A DNA stretch of 64,000 bases from an uncultured Oscillospiraceae bacterium (lineage in GTDB: Bacteria; Bacillota; Clostridia; Oscillospirales; Oscillospiraceae), in NCBI GenBank assembly GCA_947626345.1, contig CANQSF010000011.1, positions 3,050-67,049 on the forward strand, in the 5' to 3' direction. Made by a program: the position numbers and the translations under genes. The notes below the pieces were generated by a model, which was not told the DNA's origin, made no database searches, and was given only the letters and a program-made list of their open reading frames with translations. This document shows positions 50,588-60,900 of the stretch, one piece after another (the stretch's first letter is position 1; the number at the start of each line of letters is the position of its first letter).

Positions 50588-52144
50588 TCAGTCGTTGGCC
50601 AGGCCCATCAGCTCATCCCGGAAGATGCGCTCGTCCATGAGCTTCAGGTCGTCGGCGATCTGGGGCTTGAACTCCATCTGGTCCAGCACGTCCTTCTGCA
50701 GGTCCACGCCGGGGGCGATCTCGATGAGGGTGACGCCCTCTGGCCGCAGCTGGAACACCGCCCGCTCGGTGATGTACAGCACCGGCTGGTGCACCTTGTT
50801 GGCGTACACGCCGGAGAAGGTGATGTGCTCCACCTGCTCGACGAACTTCTTCTTGGCGCCCTCCTGGGTGATGACCAGCTTGCCGTCCCGGCACTCGGTC
50901 TTCAGGCCCTTGGCGGTGAAGGTGCCGCAGTAGACCACCTTCTTGGCGTTCTGGGTGATGTCGATGAAGCCGCCGGCGCCGGCCAGACGGGTGCCGAACT
51001 TGGACACGTTCAGGTCGCCGTTGGGGGCCGTCTCCGCCAGGCCCAGGAAGGCCACATCCAGGCCGCCGCCCTGATAGAAGTCGAACTGCACGTTGTGGTC
51101 CAATATGGCCATGGAGTTGGCCGCCGCGCCGAACTGGGTGCCGCCGTAGGGCACGCCGGCGATGGAGCCGGCCTCCACGGTCAGGGTCATCTTGTCGGAG
51201 ATGCCCTCCTCCGCCGCCACGTTGGCGATCTTCTCCGGCGCGCCGGTGCCCAGGTTCACGATGGCGTCCTGGGGCAGCTCCATGGCGGCCCGGCGGGCGA
51301 TGATCTTCTTGGCGTCCAGGGGGATGGGGGGGATGGCGTCCACGGGGATGCGGAACTCGCCGGTGAGCGCCCCGTCATAGGGCATGCCCAGGCACTGCAT
51401 GTTGTCCTCCACGGAGCCCACCACGATGGCGTCCACGTAGATGCCGGGGATCTTCACCAGCTTGGGGTCCAGGGTGCCGCCCTGGACGATCTTCTCCACC
51501 TGGACGATCACCTTGCCGCCGGAGTTCTTGGTGGCCTGGCACTGGGCGGTCACGTCCAGGGGGCCGATCTCCCGGTGGACGGTGCAGTTGCCGTACTCGT
51601 CGGCATAGGAGCCGCGGACGAAGCACACGTCGATGGGGATGCTCTTGTAGAGCAGCCGTTCCTCGCCCTCGATCTCGATGAGCTTGACCAGGTCCTCCTT
51701 CGTCACGTCGTTGAGCTTGCCGCCGCCGTTGCGGGGGTCCACGAAGGTATACAGGCCCACGTGGGTGATGGTGCCGATATTGTGGGCGGCGATGTCCCGG
51801 TACATGTGGGTGATGACGCCCTGGGGCAGGTTATAGGCCTCGATCTTGTTGGCCAGGGCCAGCTCGCCCAGCTTGGCTGCCCGGTCCCAGTGGCCGCCCA
51901 CCACGCGCTTGACCATGCCCTCATGGCCGAAGTGGTCGCCGCCGGTGCCGTCCCGGTGGCCCTGGCCCGCCGCGAAGAACAGCGTCAGGTCCCGGGGATG
52001 GCCGGTCTCCAGAAAGCGCTTTTCCAGCGCTTTGGTCAGGCCCTCCGGGCAGGCGCAGCTGACGAAACCGCCGGTGGAGACGGTGTCGCCGTCCTTCACC
52101 ATCAGCGCCGCTTCCTCGGCGGTGACGATCTTTACTTTCTTCAT
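50588..52144 (-). CDS. Family I acyl-CoA:acetate/3-ketoacid CoA-transferase, fused alpha-beta (Pct/YdiF type)
   Basis: 518 aa. MKKVKIVTAEEAALMVKDGDTVSTGGF.. The length and layout match propionate/acetate CoA-transferase-type enzymes, not the Cat2/AbfT type. Confidence 0.8.
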   Translation of the reverse strand: MKKVKIVTAEEAALMVKDGDTVSTGGFVSCACPEGLTKALEKRFLETGHPRDLTLFFAAGQGHRDGTGGDHFGHEGMVKRVVGGHWDRAAKLGELALANKIEAYNLPQGVITHMYRDIAAHNIGTITHVGLYTFVDPRNGGGKLNDVTKEDLVKLIEIEGEERLLYKSIPIDVCFVRGSYADEYGNCTVHREIGPLDVTAQCQATKNSGGKVIVQVEKIVQGGTLDPKLVKIPGIYVDAIVVGSVEDNMQCLGMPYDGALTGEFRIPVDAIPPIPLDAKKIIARRAAMELPQDAIVNLGTGAPEKIANVAAEEGISDKMTLTVEAGSIAGVPYGGTQFGAAANSMAILDHNVQFDFYQGGGLDVAFLGLAETAPNGDLNVSKFGTRLAGAGGFIDITQNAKKVVYCGTFTAKGLKTECRDGKLVITQEGAKKKFVEQVEHITFSGVYANKVHQPVLYITERAVFQLRPEGVTLIEIAPGVDLQKDVLDQMEFKPQIADDLKLMDERIFRDELMGLAND

Positions 52145-52159
52145 GCCGCTGTCCTCCGC

Positions 52160-52960
52160 TTACTTGTTCTGGAAGTGCTTTTCCTTGCGTTTTTCAAGGA
52201 ACGCGCCCATGCCCTCTTTCTGGTCGGCGGTGGCGTAGCACATGGCGAACAGCTCGTTCTCCAGGGCGATGCCGTCGTCGATGTCCATCTGCATGCCCCG
52301 GTCGATGCAGGCCTTGGCATACTTCACGGCGATGGGGGCGTTGGCGGTGAAGCTCTTGGCCATCTCGATGGCCTTGGGCAGCAGCTCCTCGGGGGGATAC
52401 ACGGCGTTGGCCAGGCCGATGCGCTCAGCCTCGGCGGCGTTGATCTGCCTGCCGGAGAAGATCAGCTCCTTGGCCTTGGCCACGCCCACCCGGCGGGGCA
52501 GACGCTGGGTGCCGGAGAAGCCCGGCGTGATGCCCAGGCCCACCTCGGGCTGGCCGAACTTGGCCCCGCCCTTGCCCTCGGCGTTGGGGCCGGCGGCCAG
52601 GATGATGTCGCAGCTCATGGCCAGCTCGCAGCCGCCGCCCAGGGCGAAGCCGTTCACCGCGGCGATGGTGGGGATCTCCAGCTTCTCGATCCGGCGCATC
52701 AGGGCGCTGCCCCGGCGGCCCCAGGCGCGGCCGGCGGCCACGTCCATGGGATACTGCTCGCCGATGTCGGCCCCGGCCACGAAGGAGCGGCCCTCGCCGG
52801 TGATGATCAGCGCGCCCAGCGTCTTGTCCGCCTCGATCTCGCCGACGGCCTGCTCCAGCTCCGCGATGACCGTGGAGTTCAGGGCGTTCAGGGCCTCGGG
52901 GCGGGCGATGGTCAGAATGGCGATGTTGTCCTGCTTTTCATAGCGAATGGTGTTGTACAT
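52160..52960 (-). CDS. crt: Enoyl-CoA hydratase (crotonase family)
   Basis: Start at M28 of the track ORF (MYNTIRYEKQDNIAILTIARPEALNAL) with a GGGAGGAAG RBS. Motifs FVAGADI and GGGCELAM. 266 aa. Confidence 0.85.
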   Translation of the reverse strand: MYNTIRYEKQDNIAILTIARPEALNALNSTVIAELEQAVGEIEADKTLGALIITGEGRSFVAGADIGEQYPMDVAAGRAWGRRGSALMRRIEKLEIPTIAAVNGFALGGGCELAMSCDIILAAGPNAEGKGGAKFGQPEVGLGITPGFSGTQRLPRRVGVAKAKELIFSGRQINAAEAERIGLANAVYPPEELLPKAIEMAKSFTANAPIAVKYAKACIDRGMQMDIDDGIALENELFAMCYATADQKEGMGAFLEKRKEKHFQNK

Positions 52961-52999
52961 GATGCTTCCTCCCGATAATATGAATAGAGATATAGGCCG

Positions 53000-53030
53000 G
53001 GAAGGATATGACAGCGCGTCATATCCTTCC
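53000..53030 (-). other. Intercistronic 13-bp perfect hairpin between 4hbD and crt
   Basis: GGAAGGATATGAC-(5 nt)-GTCATATCCTTCC with no T tract after it. It is the only sizeable structure inside the 13-gene cluster. Confidence 0.5.
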
Positions 53031-53041
53031 GCTTTTTCCAC

Positions 53042-54223
53042 TCAGTAGCACTTGCGGTAGATGGCCTCTTCGCTTTCCAGATCGAAGGGGTAGTAGGCGT
53101 TGGTCATGAGCCGCTGCTGGTTGGCCTCCACGGACAGGGGGAAGGCCTTGAAGTCCGCCTCGGTGAAGCCGCAGTCCCGCAGGGGCCGCAGAGGCAGGAT
53201 GCGCTGCAGCAGCGCGTTCAGATAGGGGATGGCGTCCTTGGCCTCGCAGCCGGTGATGGAGGCGATGAGCTCCTTGAACTTCATGATCTCGCCGTTGGGA
53301 TCGTGCTCGTCATAGTAGTCCAGGATGGCGCCGAACAGCATATAGTTGCTCTCGCCGTGGGGCACGTGATAGGTGCCGCCCAGAGGGAAGCTCATGCCGT
53401 GCACGGGGCCGCAGCCGGCCTTCAGGAAGGCGATGCCGGCGTAGAAGCTGGCGGTGACGAACTGGTCCATGTACTCGAACCGGGCGTCCTGGCCCTTCTC
53501 GTCCAGCAGCTTGAAGCCGTTGAGGATCAGCTCCATGGCCTTGACGGAGAACAGCTCGCTGGTCATGGTCTTCCGGTGGGGGCTGAGGAAGGACTCGGTG
53601 GCGTGCACCAGCGCATCGATGGCGCTGCAGGCGAAGGGCTTGTAGGGCAGGGTCCGCAGCAGGTCGGGGATGAGGCAGACCTTGTTGGGGATGATGTCGT
53701 CGCTGACCAGGCCCAGCTTGGTCTCGCCGCCGGTGAGGACCCCGTCCTTCTCGTCCTTGACGATGGCCACGGAGATGTTGGTGCACTCCGAGCCGGTGCC
53801 GCAGGTGGTGGGCACGGCGATGACGTCCTTCTCGTGGATGACGGGGAAGCGCTTGAAATAGAGGTTGTGCACCGTGTCGGGCCGCTTGCAGCCCAGAAGC
53901 TTGCATAGGTCCATGATGGCGCCGCCGCCCACGGCGATGATGCGGTCATAGCTGTCGTAGGGGATGGCGTCGTACATGGTCTGGATCATGGCCTCGCTGG
54001 GCTCGCCGGCACCGAACTTCTCCTGGAAGACGTACTGGCACTTCAGGCCAAGCTCCTCCATGAAGGGGTGGTAGATGAACTCGTTGGTGAGCACCACGTC
54101 CCGCTCGCCCAGCTTGAACTCCTCCGCCATCTGGGCAAAGGTCTGGAACTTATATACCGTAGGGGCAAAGATGATCTCTCTCTTGTCCGCCATCAGAGCG
54201 GCGGAAAATGCGTCCATTGCCAT
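53042..54223 (-). CDS. 4hbD: Iron-containing alcohol dehydrogenase, 4-hydroxybutyrate dehydrogenase-like
   Basis: 393 aa. It is collinear with Clostridium kluyveri 4HbD as I recall it (..VYKF.. LTNEFIYHPF.. VFQEKFGAGEPS.. RIIAVGGG.. VPTTCGTGSE.. FSVKAMELILNG.. YHVPHGE.. QQRLM.N.Y.PF). Confidence 0.8.
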   Translation of the reverse strand: MAMDAFSAALMADKREIIFAPTVYKFQTFAQMAEEFKLGERDVVLTNEFIYHPFMEELGLKCQYVFQEKFGAGEPSEAMIQTMYDAIPYDSYDRIIAVGGGAIMDLCKLLGCKRPDTVHNLYFKRFPVIHEKDVIAVPTTCGTGSECTNISVAIVKDEKDGVLTGGETKLGLVSDDIIPNKVCLIPDLLRTLPYKPFACSAIDALVHATESFLSPHRKTMTSELFSVKAMELILNGFKLLDEKGQDARFEYMDQFVTASFYAGIAFLKAGCGPVHGMSFPLGGTYHVPHGESNYMLFGAILDYYDEHDPNGEIMKFKELIASITGCEAKDAIPYLNALLQRILPLRPLRDCGFTEADFKAFPLSVEANQQRLMTNAYYPFDLESEEAIYRKCY

Positions 54224-54260
54224 GGCTCGTTCTACTCCTTTGAAATGATATTTTTACCCG

Positions 54261-55232
54261 TTATTTCCGGGCGATGACTTTCTTCACGGCGGCCTGGATG
54301 TCGGCGGCCCGCAGGCCGTATTCATCCATGAGGAAATCCTGGGGGCCCACCTGGCCGAACCGGTCCTGCACCCCCACGAACTCCAAGGGAGTGGGATGGT
54401 TCTTCGCCAGGCAGCTGGCCACCGCGGCGCCCAGACCGCAGCAGGTGTTGTGGTTCTCGGCGGTGACGATGGCGCCGGTCTCGGCCGCGGCCTTCACCAG
54501 CAGCGCCTCATCCAGGGGCTTCCAGGTGAACATGTCGATCACCCGGATGCTGACGCCCTGGGCCTGCAGGGCCTCGTAGGCCTGCAGGGCCTCGTCCACC
54601 AGGATGCCGGAGGCGACGACGGTGCACACGTCCTTGTCGCTCTCATGCAGCACCACGCCCTTGCCGATCTCGAACTGGGAGCCGGGGGCGTAGATCTGGG
54701 TGACGTCCTTGCGGACGAAGCGGGTGTAGGTGACGCCCTCGGTGTGGATCAGCCCGTACATCACGCTGTACAGCTGGTCGTAGTCGCAGGCGTCGATCAC
54801 CGTGGCGTTGGGGATGGACATATACATCCCCGCGTCCTCCAGGGGCATGTGGGTGCCGCCGTTGAAGGCGGCGGTGACCCCCGCGTCGGAGCCCAGCACA
54901 TGCACCGTCAGCCCCGCGTAGGCCGCGGACATATAGATCTGGTCATAGCACCGGCGGGAGGAGAAGGTGCCGAAGGAGTGGAGGAAGACCTTCTTGCCCG
55001 TGGCGGCCAGGCCCGCGCACACGCCGGCGGCGTTAGCCTCGGCGATGCCGGCCTGCAGCGCCCGGTCCGGGTGCTTTTTCCACAGGCCCTTGGTGTTCAG
55101 ACAGCCCATCAGGTCGCAGTCCACATAGCACACGGAGGGATCGGCGTCCATCATCTCCTCCAGGGCGGTGACGATGGCGTCCCGGCTGGCGCGGGCGTCC
55201 TTTTCATGCTTTCCGATCAAAGTCACGCTCAT
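54261..55232 (-). CDS. Transketolase, C-terminal (pyrimidine-binding) subunit
   Basis: Start MSVTLIG with an AAAGGAGGGAG RBS. 323 aa. Motifs GIAEANAAGVCAGLA and FSSRRCYDQI. Confidence 0.9.
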   Translation of the reverse strand: MSVTLIGKHEKDARASRDAIVTALEEMMDADPSVCYVDCDLMGCLNTKGLWKKHPDRALQAGIAEANAAGVCAGLAATGKKVFLHSFGTFSSRRCYDQIYMSAAYAGLTVHVLGSDAGVTAAFNGGTHMPLEDAGMYMSIPNATVIDACDYDQLYSVMYGLIHTEGVTYTRFVRKDVTQIYAPGSQFEIGKGVVLHESDKDVCTVVASGILVDEALQAYEALQAQGVSIRVIDMFTWKPLDEALLVKAAAETGAIVTAENHNTCCGLGAAVASCLAKNHPTPLEFVGVQDRFGQVGPQDFLMDEYGLRAADIQAAVKKVIARK

Positions 55233-55246
55233 TTTTTCTCCCTCCT

Positions 55247-56089
55247 TTAAGCCTGCCTGGCCGCTTCCAGGGCCTGCTCCGCCGCCAGGATCGCCTCTGC
55301 CCACTGTTCCTCGTTGGGGGAGGAGCTGTGGGCGTGGCTGGCCTCGGCGAAGGTGGCGCCCTTGCCCTTGCAGGTCTTCAGCACGATGCAGCTGGGGGAG
55401 CCCTTGTGGGCGTGGGCCGCCTCCAGCGCGTGGTAGATGGCCGCCACGTCGTGGCCGTCCACCTGCTGGGTGTACAGGCCGAAGGCCGCCACCTTTCCGG
55501 GCAGATCCCCGTGGTCCAGGATCTCGGCGGTGGTGCCGTCCAGCTGATAGCCGTTCATGTCCAGGAACACCACCACGTTGTCCAGCTTATGGGCGGCGGC
55601 GAAGTGGAACGCCTCCCATACCTGGCCCTCGTCGGCCTCGCCGTCGCCCACCACCAGGTAGACCCGGCTGTCCCGGCCGTCCAGCCTGTTGCCCAGGGCC
55701 GCGCCCATGGCGGAGGAGGCCCCCTGGCCCAGAGAGCCGGTGGTCAGATCCACGCCGGGGGTCAGCAGCCGGTCGGTGTGGCTGGGGAAGCGGGTGTGGG
55801 GATGGTTGAGGGTATAGGCCTCCTCGATGGGATAGTAGCCCATCAGGCCGAAGGTGGCGTAGGCCGCCGGACCGGCGTGGCCCTTGCTGAGCACCAGCCA
55901 GTCCCGATCAGGCCAGCGGGGGTCCTTGGGGTCGAAGCGCATGGCCGCGCCGTACAGCACTGCCAGCAGCTCTGCCAGGTCCACCGAGCCGCCCACGTGG
56001 CCGAAGCCCCGGGAGCGGATGACCTTCAGGGTCTCCAGCCGGATCTGGGCCGCCAGGACGTTCAGTTCCTTTACGTTCAGATCTTTCAA
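55247..56089 (-). CDS. Transketolase, N-terminal (ThDP-binding) subunit
   Basis: 280 aa. The only start with an RBS is TTG 56089, with AAGGAGG 7 nt upstream. Motifs GHVGGSVDLAE, LSKGHAGPA and GDGEADEGQVWEA. Confidence 0.85.
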   Translation of the reverse strand: MKDLNVKELNVLAAQIRLETLKVIRSRGFGHVGGSVDLAELLAVLYGAAMRFDPKDPRWPDRDWLVLSKGHAGPAAYATFGLMGYYPIEEAYTLNHPHTRFPSHTDRLLTPGVDLTTGSLGQGASSAMGAALGNRLDGRDSRVYLVVGDGEADEGQVWEAFHFAAAHKLDNVVVFLDMNGYQLDGTTAEILDHGDLPGKVAAFGLYTQQVDGHDVAAIYHALEAAHAHKGSPSCIVLKTCKGKGATFAEASHAHSSSPNEEQWAEAILAAEQALEAARQA

Positions 56090-56114
56090 GATATGTCCTC
56101 CTTGCTGCCGTATC

Positions 56115-57152
56115 TCACATATACAGCGCCGGCTTGTCCATGGTCTCGACTTTGTAGAACTGGGAGGTGCCACGGGAGGCGTTGAGGGCGTCGCCCGCCA
56201 CGCAGGCTACGTAGCCGTCCCAGGCGGAGGGGCCGGTGAGCTTGCCGGCGTGGACGGATTCCACCCACTTGCACATCTCGATGTCGTAGGCCTCGATGAA
56301 GCGCTCCTTCCAGTCGGTCATGATGGGCATGGACTCGGCGGGCTGGACGGTGTCCCAGCCGGCGGGACGGGACCGGCGCACCACCGCGTAGGGATCGGGC
56401 AGCTTCACGGTGCCGTTCTCGCAGACCACCTCGCACTGGATGTCGTAGCCGTAGCCGTCGGCCACCTGGACCTCCACGTCGATGAAGCAGCCCTTCTTGG
56501 TGCGCATGAGCATGACCTGGGGGTTGTCGTAGCCCTTGTCGGAGTTGGCGCTCTGGCGCACCTTCACGCACTGCACGTCCTCATACTCGTCGCCTAAGAG
56601 CCACCGGCAGATGTCCAGCTCGTGGATGGCCACGTTGGTGACGCCGTTCTCGGTCTTGAAGCCCGGGCCCTGAGAGACGTTGCGGTGGCAGGCCTTGATC
56701 AGCAGGGGCGCGCCCAGCTCGCCGGAGTCGATGATCCGCTTCATCTCCGCGTAGCCCCGGTCGTAGTGGCGCATGAAGCCTACCTGGACCATCCGCTTGC
56801 CGATCTCCAGCTCCCGCTTGATGATGTCCTCGCAGTCGGCGGCATTCTGGCTCAGGGGCTTTTCGCAGAAGCACCACTTCTCCTCGGCCAGGGTCTTCAT
56901 CACGTAGTCGTGGTGGGTGGGGTCGATGGAGGTGATCATGACAGCCTCCACCTCGGGGTCCTTGATCATGCCGTCGCAGTCGTTGGCGTAGGAGCGCAGG
57001 CCGTACTTGGCGGCCAGCTCGTCCGCCGCCGCGGGCACGTAGTCGCTCACCGCCACCACCGTGGCGCCGGGGACGGTGTCGATGATGCGGCGGCAGTGGT
57101 CCCTGCCGATGGCGCCGCAGCCGATGATGCCGATCTTCAGAACTTTATCCAT
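56115..57152 (-). CDS. iolG: myo-Inositol 2-dehydrogenase
   Basis: 345 aa. It is collinear with Bacillus subtilis IolG as I recall it (IGIIGCGAIG.., FCEKPL.., VQVGFMRHYD.GY.., YGYDIQCEVV.ENG..KLP.., DW..RF..AYD.E.., GPSAWDGY.A). Confidence 0.9.
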   Translation of the reverse strand: MDKVLKIGIIGCGAIGRDHCRRIIDTVPGATVVAVSDYVPAAADELAAKYGLRSYANDCDGMIKDPEVEAVMITSIDPTHHDYVMKTLAEEKWCFCEKPLSQNAADCEDIIKRELEIGKRMVQVGFMRHYDRGYAEMKRIIDSGELGAPLLIKACHRNVSQGPGFKTENGVTNVAIHELDICRWLLGDEYEDVQCVKVRQSANSDKGYDNPQVMLMRTKKGCFIDVEVQVADGYGYDIQCEVVCENGTVKLPDPYAVVRRSRPAGWDTVQPAESMPIMTDWKERFIEAYDIEMCKWVESVHAGKLTGPSAWDGYVACVAGDALNASRGTSQFYKVETMDKPALYM

Positions 57153-57194
57153 TGTCGTTGCCTTCCTTTTATTACAAATTATATTTGAGAGATA

Positions 57195-59126
57195 TCAATA
57201 CTTGCGGGCGTCCTTCTCGTGGGCCAGATGGTCCTCGTAAGCGGCCACGTTCTCCGGCCGCTGGGAGACCTGGGTGTCGCCCACGCGCCACCAGGAGCCG
57301 TAGCCGTCGGTCATGGTCTTGGGCAGGACCTTGATGTCGATGAGGACGGGGATGTTCTTCACCTTCTTGGCCGCGTCCACCGCCTGGACCAGCTCCTCCA
57401 TGGTGCGGGCCCGGAAGGACACGCAGCCGTAGGCTGCCGCCACGCCGGCGTAGTCGATGTCCATGAACGGGCCGTTCAGGCCGCCGTCCTTGCTGCGGCT
57501 GCGCAGCTCGGTGACCAGGGTGACGTTGCCGTGGCCCACCTGCAGGTTGTTGATGCAGCCGAAGCTGGCGTTGTCGAACAGGCACACCACGATCTTCTTG
57601 TGCTCCTGCACGGCGGTGATCAGCTCCCCGTGGAGCATATTGAAGCTGCCGTCGCCGCAGAAGGCGTAGACCTCGTGCTCGGGGCCCACGGCCAGCTTGG
57701 CGCCCAGGGCGCCGGCGATCTCATAGCCCATGGTGGAGTAGCCGTATTCCATGTTGTAGGTGTCCTGGCCCACGGCACGCCACATGCGCTGCATGTCGCC
57801 GGGCAGGGAGCCGGCCGCGCCGATGGCCACGTCCCCGTCGTCCATGACGGCGTTGATGTATCCCAGGGCGGCGGTCTGGGTCAGCTCCGCGTGCAGATCG
57901 TGGGCGAAGCGCCGGGCGGAGCCGGCGTTGGCGTCGTTGATCAGCGGCTTCCAGGAGTCCTTGTCCTCGAACCGGATGCCGTCCAGCCGCTCCAGCTCCT
58001 TGAACCACTTTGCCTGGGCCTTGCTGACCTCGTCGGTGTAGGGGGCCTTGTAGCCGTCCAGCTTTTTCAGCAGCCGAGGCAGGGCGTCCTTGGCGTCGGC
58101 CACCACGGGGATGGCCTCCATCTTCAGGGCCTGGAACTCGCTGACGTTGATGTTGACGAACCTGCAGCTGTCCTTGAAAAGCCACTTGGAGCTGGTGGTG
58201 AAGTCGGTGTAGCGGGTGCCCACGCCGATGACCAGATCCGCCTTCTTGGCGATCTCGTTGGCGGCGGAGCCGCCGGTGACGCCGATGCCGCCCAGGTTCA
58301 GGGGGTGGGTCCACTCGATGGCGCTCTTGCCGGCCTGGGTCTCACCGAAGGGGATGCCGGTGGCCTCGGCGAAGGCGCGGAACTCGGCGTGGGCCTCGGA
58401 GTAGCGCACGCCGCCGCCGCACACCAGCAGGGGGCGCTTGGCCTTTTTGATGGCCTCCGCCGCCTCGTCCAGGGCCGCCTCGGTGGCGGGACGGCGCTCC
58501 AGCCGCCACACACGCTTCTGGAAGAAGCTGGCGGGGTAATCGTAGGCCTCGCCCTCCACGTCCTGGGGCATGGCGATGCACACCGCGCCGGTGTTGGCCG
58601 GGTCGGTCAGCGTCCGGAAGGCGGAGATCATGGCGCTCATCAGCTGCTCGGGCCGGACGATCCGGTCCCAGTAGCGGCACACGGCCTTGAAGGCGTCGTT
58701 GGTGGAGACGGAGAGGTTATAGGTGTGCTCCACCTGCTGGAGCACCGGATCGGGCTGGCGGCAGGCGTAGGTGTCGCCGGGCAGCACCAGCACGGGGATG
58801 TTGTTGGCGGTGGCGGTGCCGCAGGCGGTGACCATGTTGGCCGCGCCGGGGCCGATGGAGGACGTGACGGCGAAGATCTGCTTGCGTTTCATCTGCTTGG
58901 CGAAGGCCACGGCCGCCTGGGCCATGCCCTGCTCGTTCTTGCCCTGGTAGATCTCCAGGTGCTTGGCCTCCTGGCTCAGCGCCTGGCCCAGACCCACCAC
59001 ATTGCCGTGGCCGGGGATCATGAATACGCCGCGGACAAAGCGGCTCCGGACGCCGTCCACGTCGATATACTGGTTCTCCAAAAAGCGGACCAGCGCCTGG
59101 GCCATGGTCAAACGAACGGTTTTCAC
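57195..59126 (-). CDS. iolD: 3D-(3,5/4)-trihydroxycyclohexane-1,2-dione acylhydrolase (ThDP-dependent)
   Basis: 643 aa. It has long collinear matches to B. subtilis IolD (YQGKNEQGMA.AA.A.. RQPDPVLQQ.E.. RYWDRI.RPEQLMS.. VLPKTMTDGY.SWW.VG). Confidence 0.95.
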   Translation of the reverse strand: MKTVRLTMAQALVRFLENQYIDVDGVRSRFVRGVFMIPGHGNVVGLGQALSQEAKHLEIYQGKNEQGMAQAAVAFAKQMKRKQIFAVTSSIGPGAANMVTACGTATANNIPVLVLPGDTYACRQPDPVLQQVEHTYNLSVSTNDAFKAVCRYWDRIVRPEQLMSAMISAFRTLTDPANTGAVCIAMPQDVEGEAYDYPASFFQKRVWRLERRPATEAALDEAAEAIKKAKRPLLVCGGGVRYSEAHAEFRAFAEATGIPFGETQAGKSAIEWTHPLNLGGIGVTGGSAANEIAKKADLVIGVGTRYTDFTTSSKWLFKDSCRFVNINVSEFQALKMEAIPVVADAKDALPRLLKKLDGYKAPYTDEVSKAQAKWFKELERLDGIRFEDKDSWKPLINDANAGSARRFAHDLHAELTQTAALGYINAVMDDGDVAIGAAGSLPGDMQRMWRAVGQDTYNMEYGYSTMGYEIAGALGAKLAVGPEHEVYAFCGDGSFNMLHGELITAVQEHKKIVVCLFDNASFGCINNLQVGHGNVTLVTELRSRSKDGGLNGPFMDIDYAGVAAAYGCVSFRARTMEELVQAVDAAKKVKNIPVLIDIKVLPKTMTDGYGSWWRVGDTQVSQRPENVAAYEDHLAHEKDARKY

Positions 59127-59177
59127 TTTGGGTACCTCCTTACTTATATCAATATGTCAGGGCGGACGCAAAGGCCG

Positions 59178-59978
59178 TCAGTCCTGAAAGATATGCTCGT
59201 TGGCGTCCGGCTTCCACAGCCAGGCGTGCTCGGGATCGTCGATACGGGTCTTCAGCCAGGGGTCCCCCTCCAGGTGCCGGATGCCCCAGGCGTAGCACAT
59301 GGCGTAGCCGGGCGCGGCGGCCTGGGAGTGGAAGCCGTGGTTGATGACGGCGCAGCCGTTGTGGCCGGTCTTGAAGATCTCCCCGTTGGCAAAGCCAGCC
59401 CCGAAGCCGTCGGGGTAGTCGAAGCGGTAGAAGTACACCTCCGGCTGGGGATGGTGGTGGGGGGGATAGGAGGACCACTTGCCGGGGAAATTGAGCACCT
59501 CCCCCAGCACCATGTTGGAGAAGGGGGCGTTGTCGTAATCGAAGAAGGTCTTGATCTCCCGGCGCATGCAGCCCATCAGCTCGCCGTTGGCCCCGGCGTG
59601 CTGGACCTGCACCGTCTCCGGGGTGTACATCACCGGCTCATAGTCCCGGTCGTTGAGCGTCTTCTGGATGTACAGCTCGCTGTGCTCGTGGGCGGTGAGG
59701 ACGATCTTCGTCTTCCGGGGGGCCAGCAGGCAGAAGGCCTCGTCGTGGAAGCAGTCGGGCCGGTGGGCCTCGGTCACGTGGCCGGCCCAGTCATAGGTCA
59801 CCTCGCCGGCGAACAGCAGCACGGCGGTCTCCTTTTCCGGCTCCTGGATCACGTAGGTGTCCCCCGGCTCCATCACCAGCAGGCCGATGTCCATCTGGGT
59901 GCCCATGTCGTCCACGGCAGAGTCGATGTAGGCGTTGTAGCCCCGCTGCAGCGCATCGTTCTTGGAAAAATAGCTCAT
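59178..59978 (-). CDS. iolB: 5-deoxy-glucuronate isomerase
   Basis: 266 aa. Cupin motif NFPGKWSSYPPHHH, a hallmark of IolB. Confidence 0.9.
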   Translation of the reverse strand: MSYFSKNDALQRGYNAYIDSAVDDMGTQMDIGLLVMEPGDTYVIQEPEKETAVLLFAGEVTYDWAGHVTEAHRPDCFHDEAFCLLAPRKTKIVLTAHEHSELYIQKTLNDRDYEPVMYTPETVQVQHAGANGELMGCMRREIKTFFDYDNAPFSNMVLGEVLNFPGKWSSYPPHHHPQPEVYFYRFDYPDGFGAGFANGEIFKTGHNGCAVINHGFHSQAAAPGYAMCYAWGIRHLEGDPWLKTRIDDPEHAWLWKPDANEHIFQD

Positions 59979-59997
59979 GGCAGATGCTCTCCTTCTA

Positions 59998-60900
59998 TCA
60001 AAGTCCCGTGTGTTCTTTTATATACTTGCGGCCCTTGATGGCGTACTCCAGCGGCTCGGCCTTGGCCGGGTCCTGCTCGGCCTCCACCAGCAGCCACCCC
60101 TGATAGCCGGCGTCGGCCAGGACCTGGAACACCGGGTCGAAGTCCACGTCCCCGTCGCCGGGCACGGTGAAGGCGCCGTTGCGGACGGCCTGCAGGAAGC
60201 TCCAGTCGTTGGCCTTCACCTGCTCCACCACGGCCAGGCGCATGTCCTTCAGGTGGACGTGGCCCACCCGGTCCACGTACTTTTTCAGCATGGCCAGGGG
60301 GTCCTCCCCGGCGAAGGTGAAGTGGCCGGTGTCGTAGCAGAGGAACGCGTACTTCGGGTCGGTGTTTGCCATCATCCGGTCGGTCTCGGCGCTGGTCTGC
60401 ACCACGGTGCCCATGTGGTGGTGGAAGCACAGCTTGAAGCCCCGGTCGGCGGCGATCTTGCCCAGGGTGTTGAGCCCGGCGCAGAACCGGTCCCACTCGC
60501 CGTCGTCCATCACGTGCTTGTGCCCGCCTGTGAGGATGGGGGTGTCCATCTTGCCCTGGATGGAATAACTCTGCTCGCTGACGTTGATGCGGTCAGCGCC
60601 GACGGCCGCGAGGAAGTCCAGGTTGGCGGTGAAGTCGGCGATCTCCTCCTCCATGGGCCGGGTCAGGATGAAGGACGAGTACCAGCGGCTGGCGATGCGC
60701 ATGCCCCGCAGGTCCAGGGCCGCTTTCAGCTCCGCCGGGTCCTTGGGGTACTTGTTGCCGATCTCGCAGCCGGTGAAGCCGGCCAGCGCCATCTCGCTGA
60801 CGGTCTGTTTAAAGGTGTTCTCCGCGCCCAGCTCCGGCATGTCGTCGTTGCACCAGCCGATGGGCGCGATGCCCAGGGATACTTTCTTGGGGTCGAACAT
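59998..60900 (-). CDS. iolE: myo-Inosose-2 dehydratase
   Basis: Start MFDPKKVSLGIAPIGWCNDD with a GAGGAGG RBS. 300 aa. Xylose-isomerase-like TIM barrel with IolE-type N-terminus. Confidence 0.9.
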   Translation of the reverse strand: MFDPKKVSLGIAPIGWCNDDMPELGAENTFKQTVSEMALAGFTGCEIGNKYPKDPAELKAALDLRGMRIASRWYSSFILTRPMEEEIADFTANLDFLAAVGADRINVSEQSYSIQGKMDTPILTGGHKHVMDDGEWDRFCAGLNTLGKIAADRGFKLCFHHHMGTVVQTSAETDRMMANTDPKYAFLCYDTGHFTFAGEDPLAMLKKYVDRVGHVHLKDMRLAVVEQVKANDWSFLQAVRNGAFTVPGDGDVDFDPVFQVLADAGYQGWLLVEAEQDPAKAEPLEYAIKGRKYIKEHTGL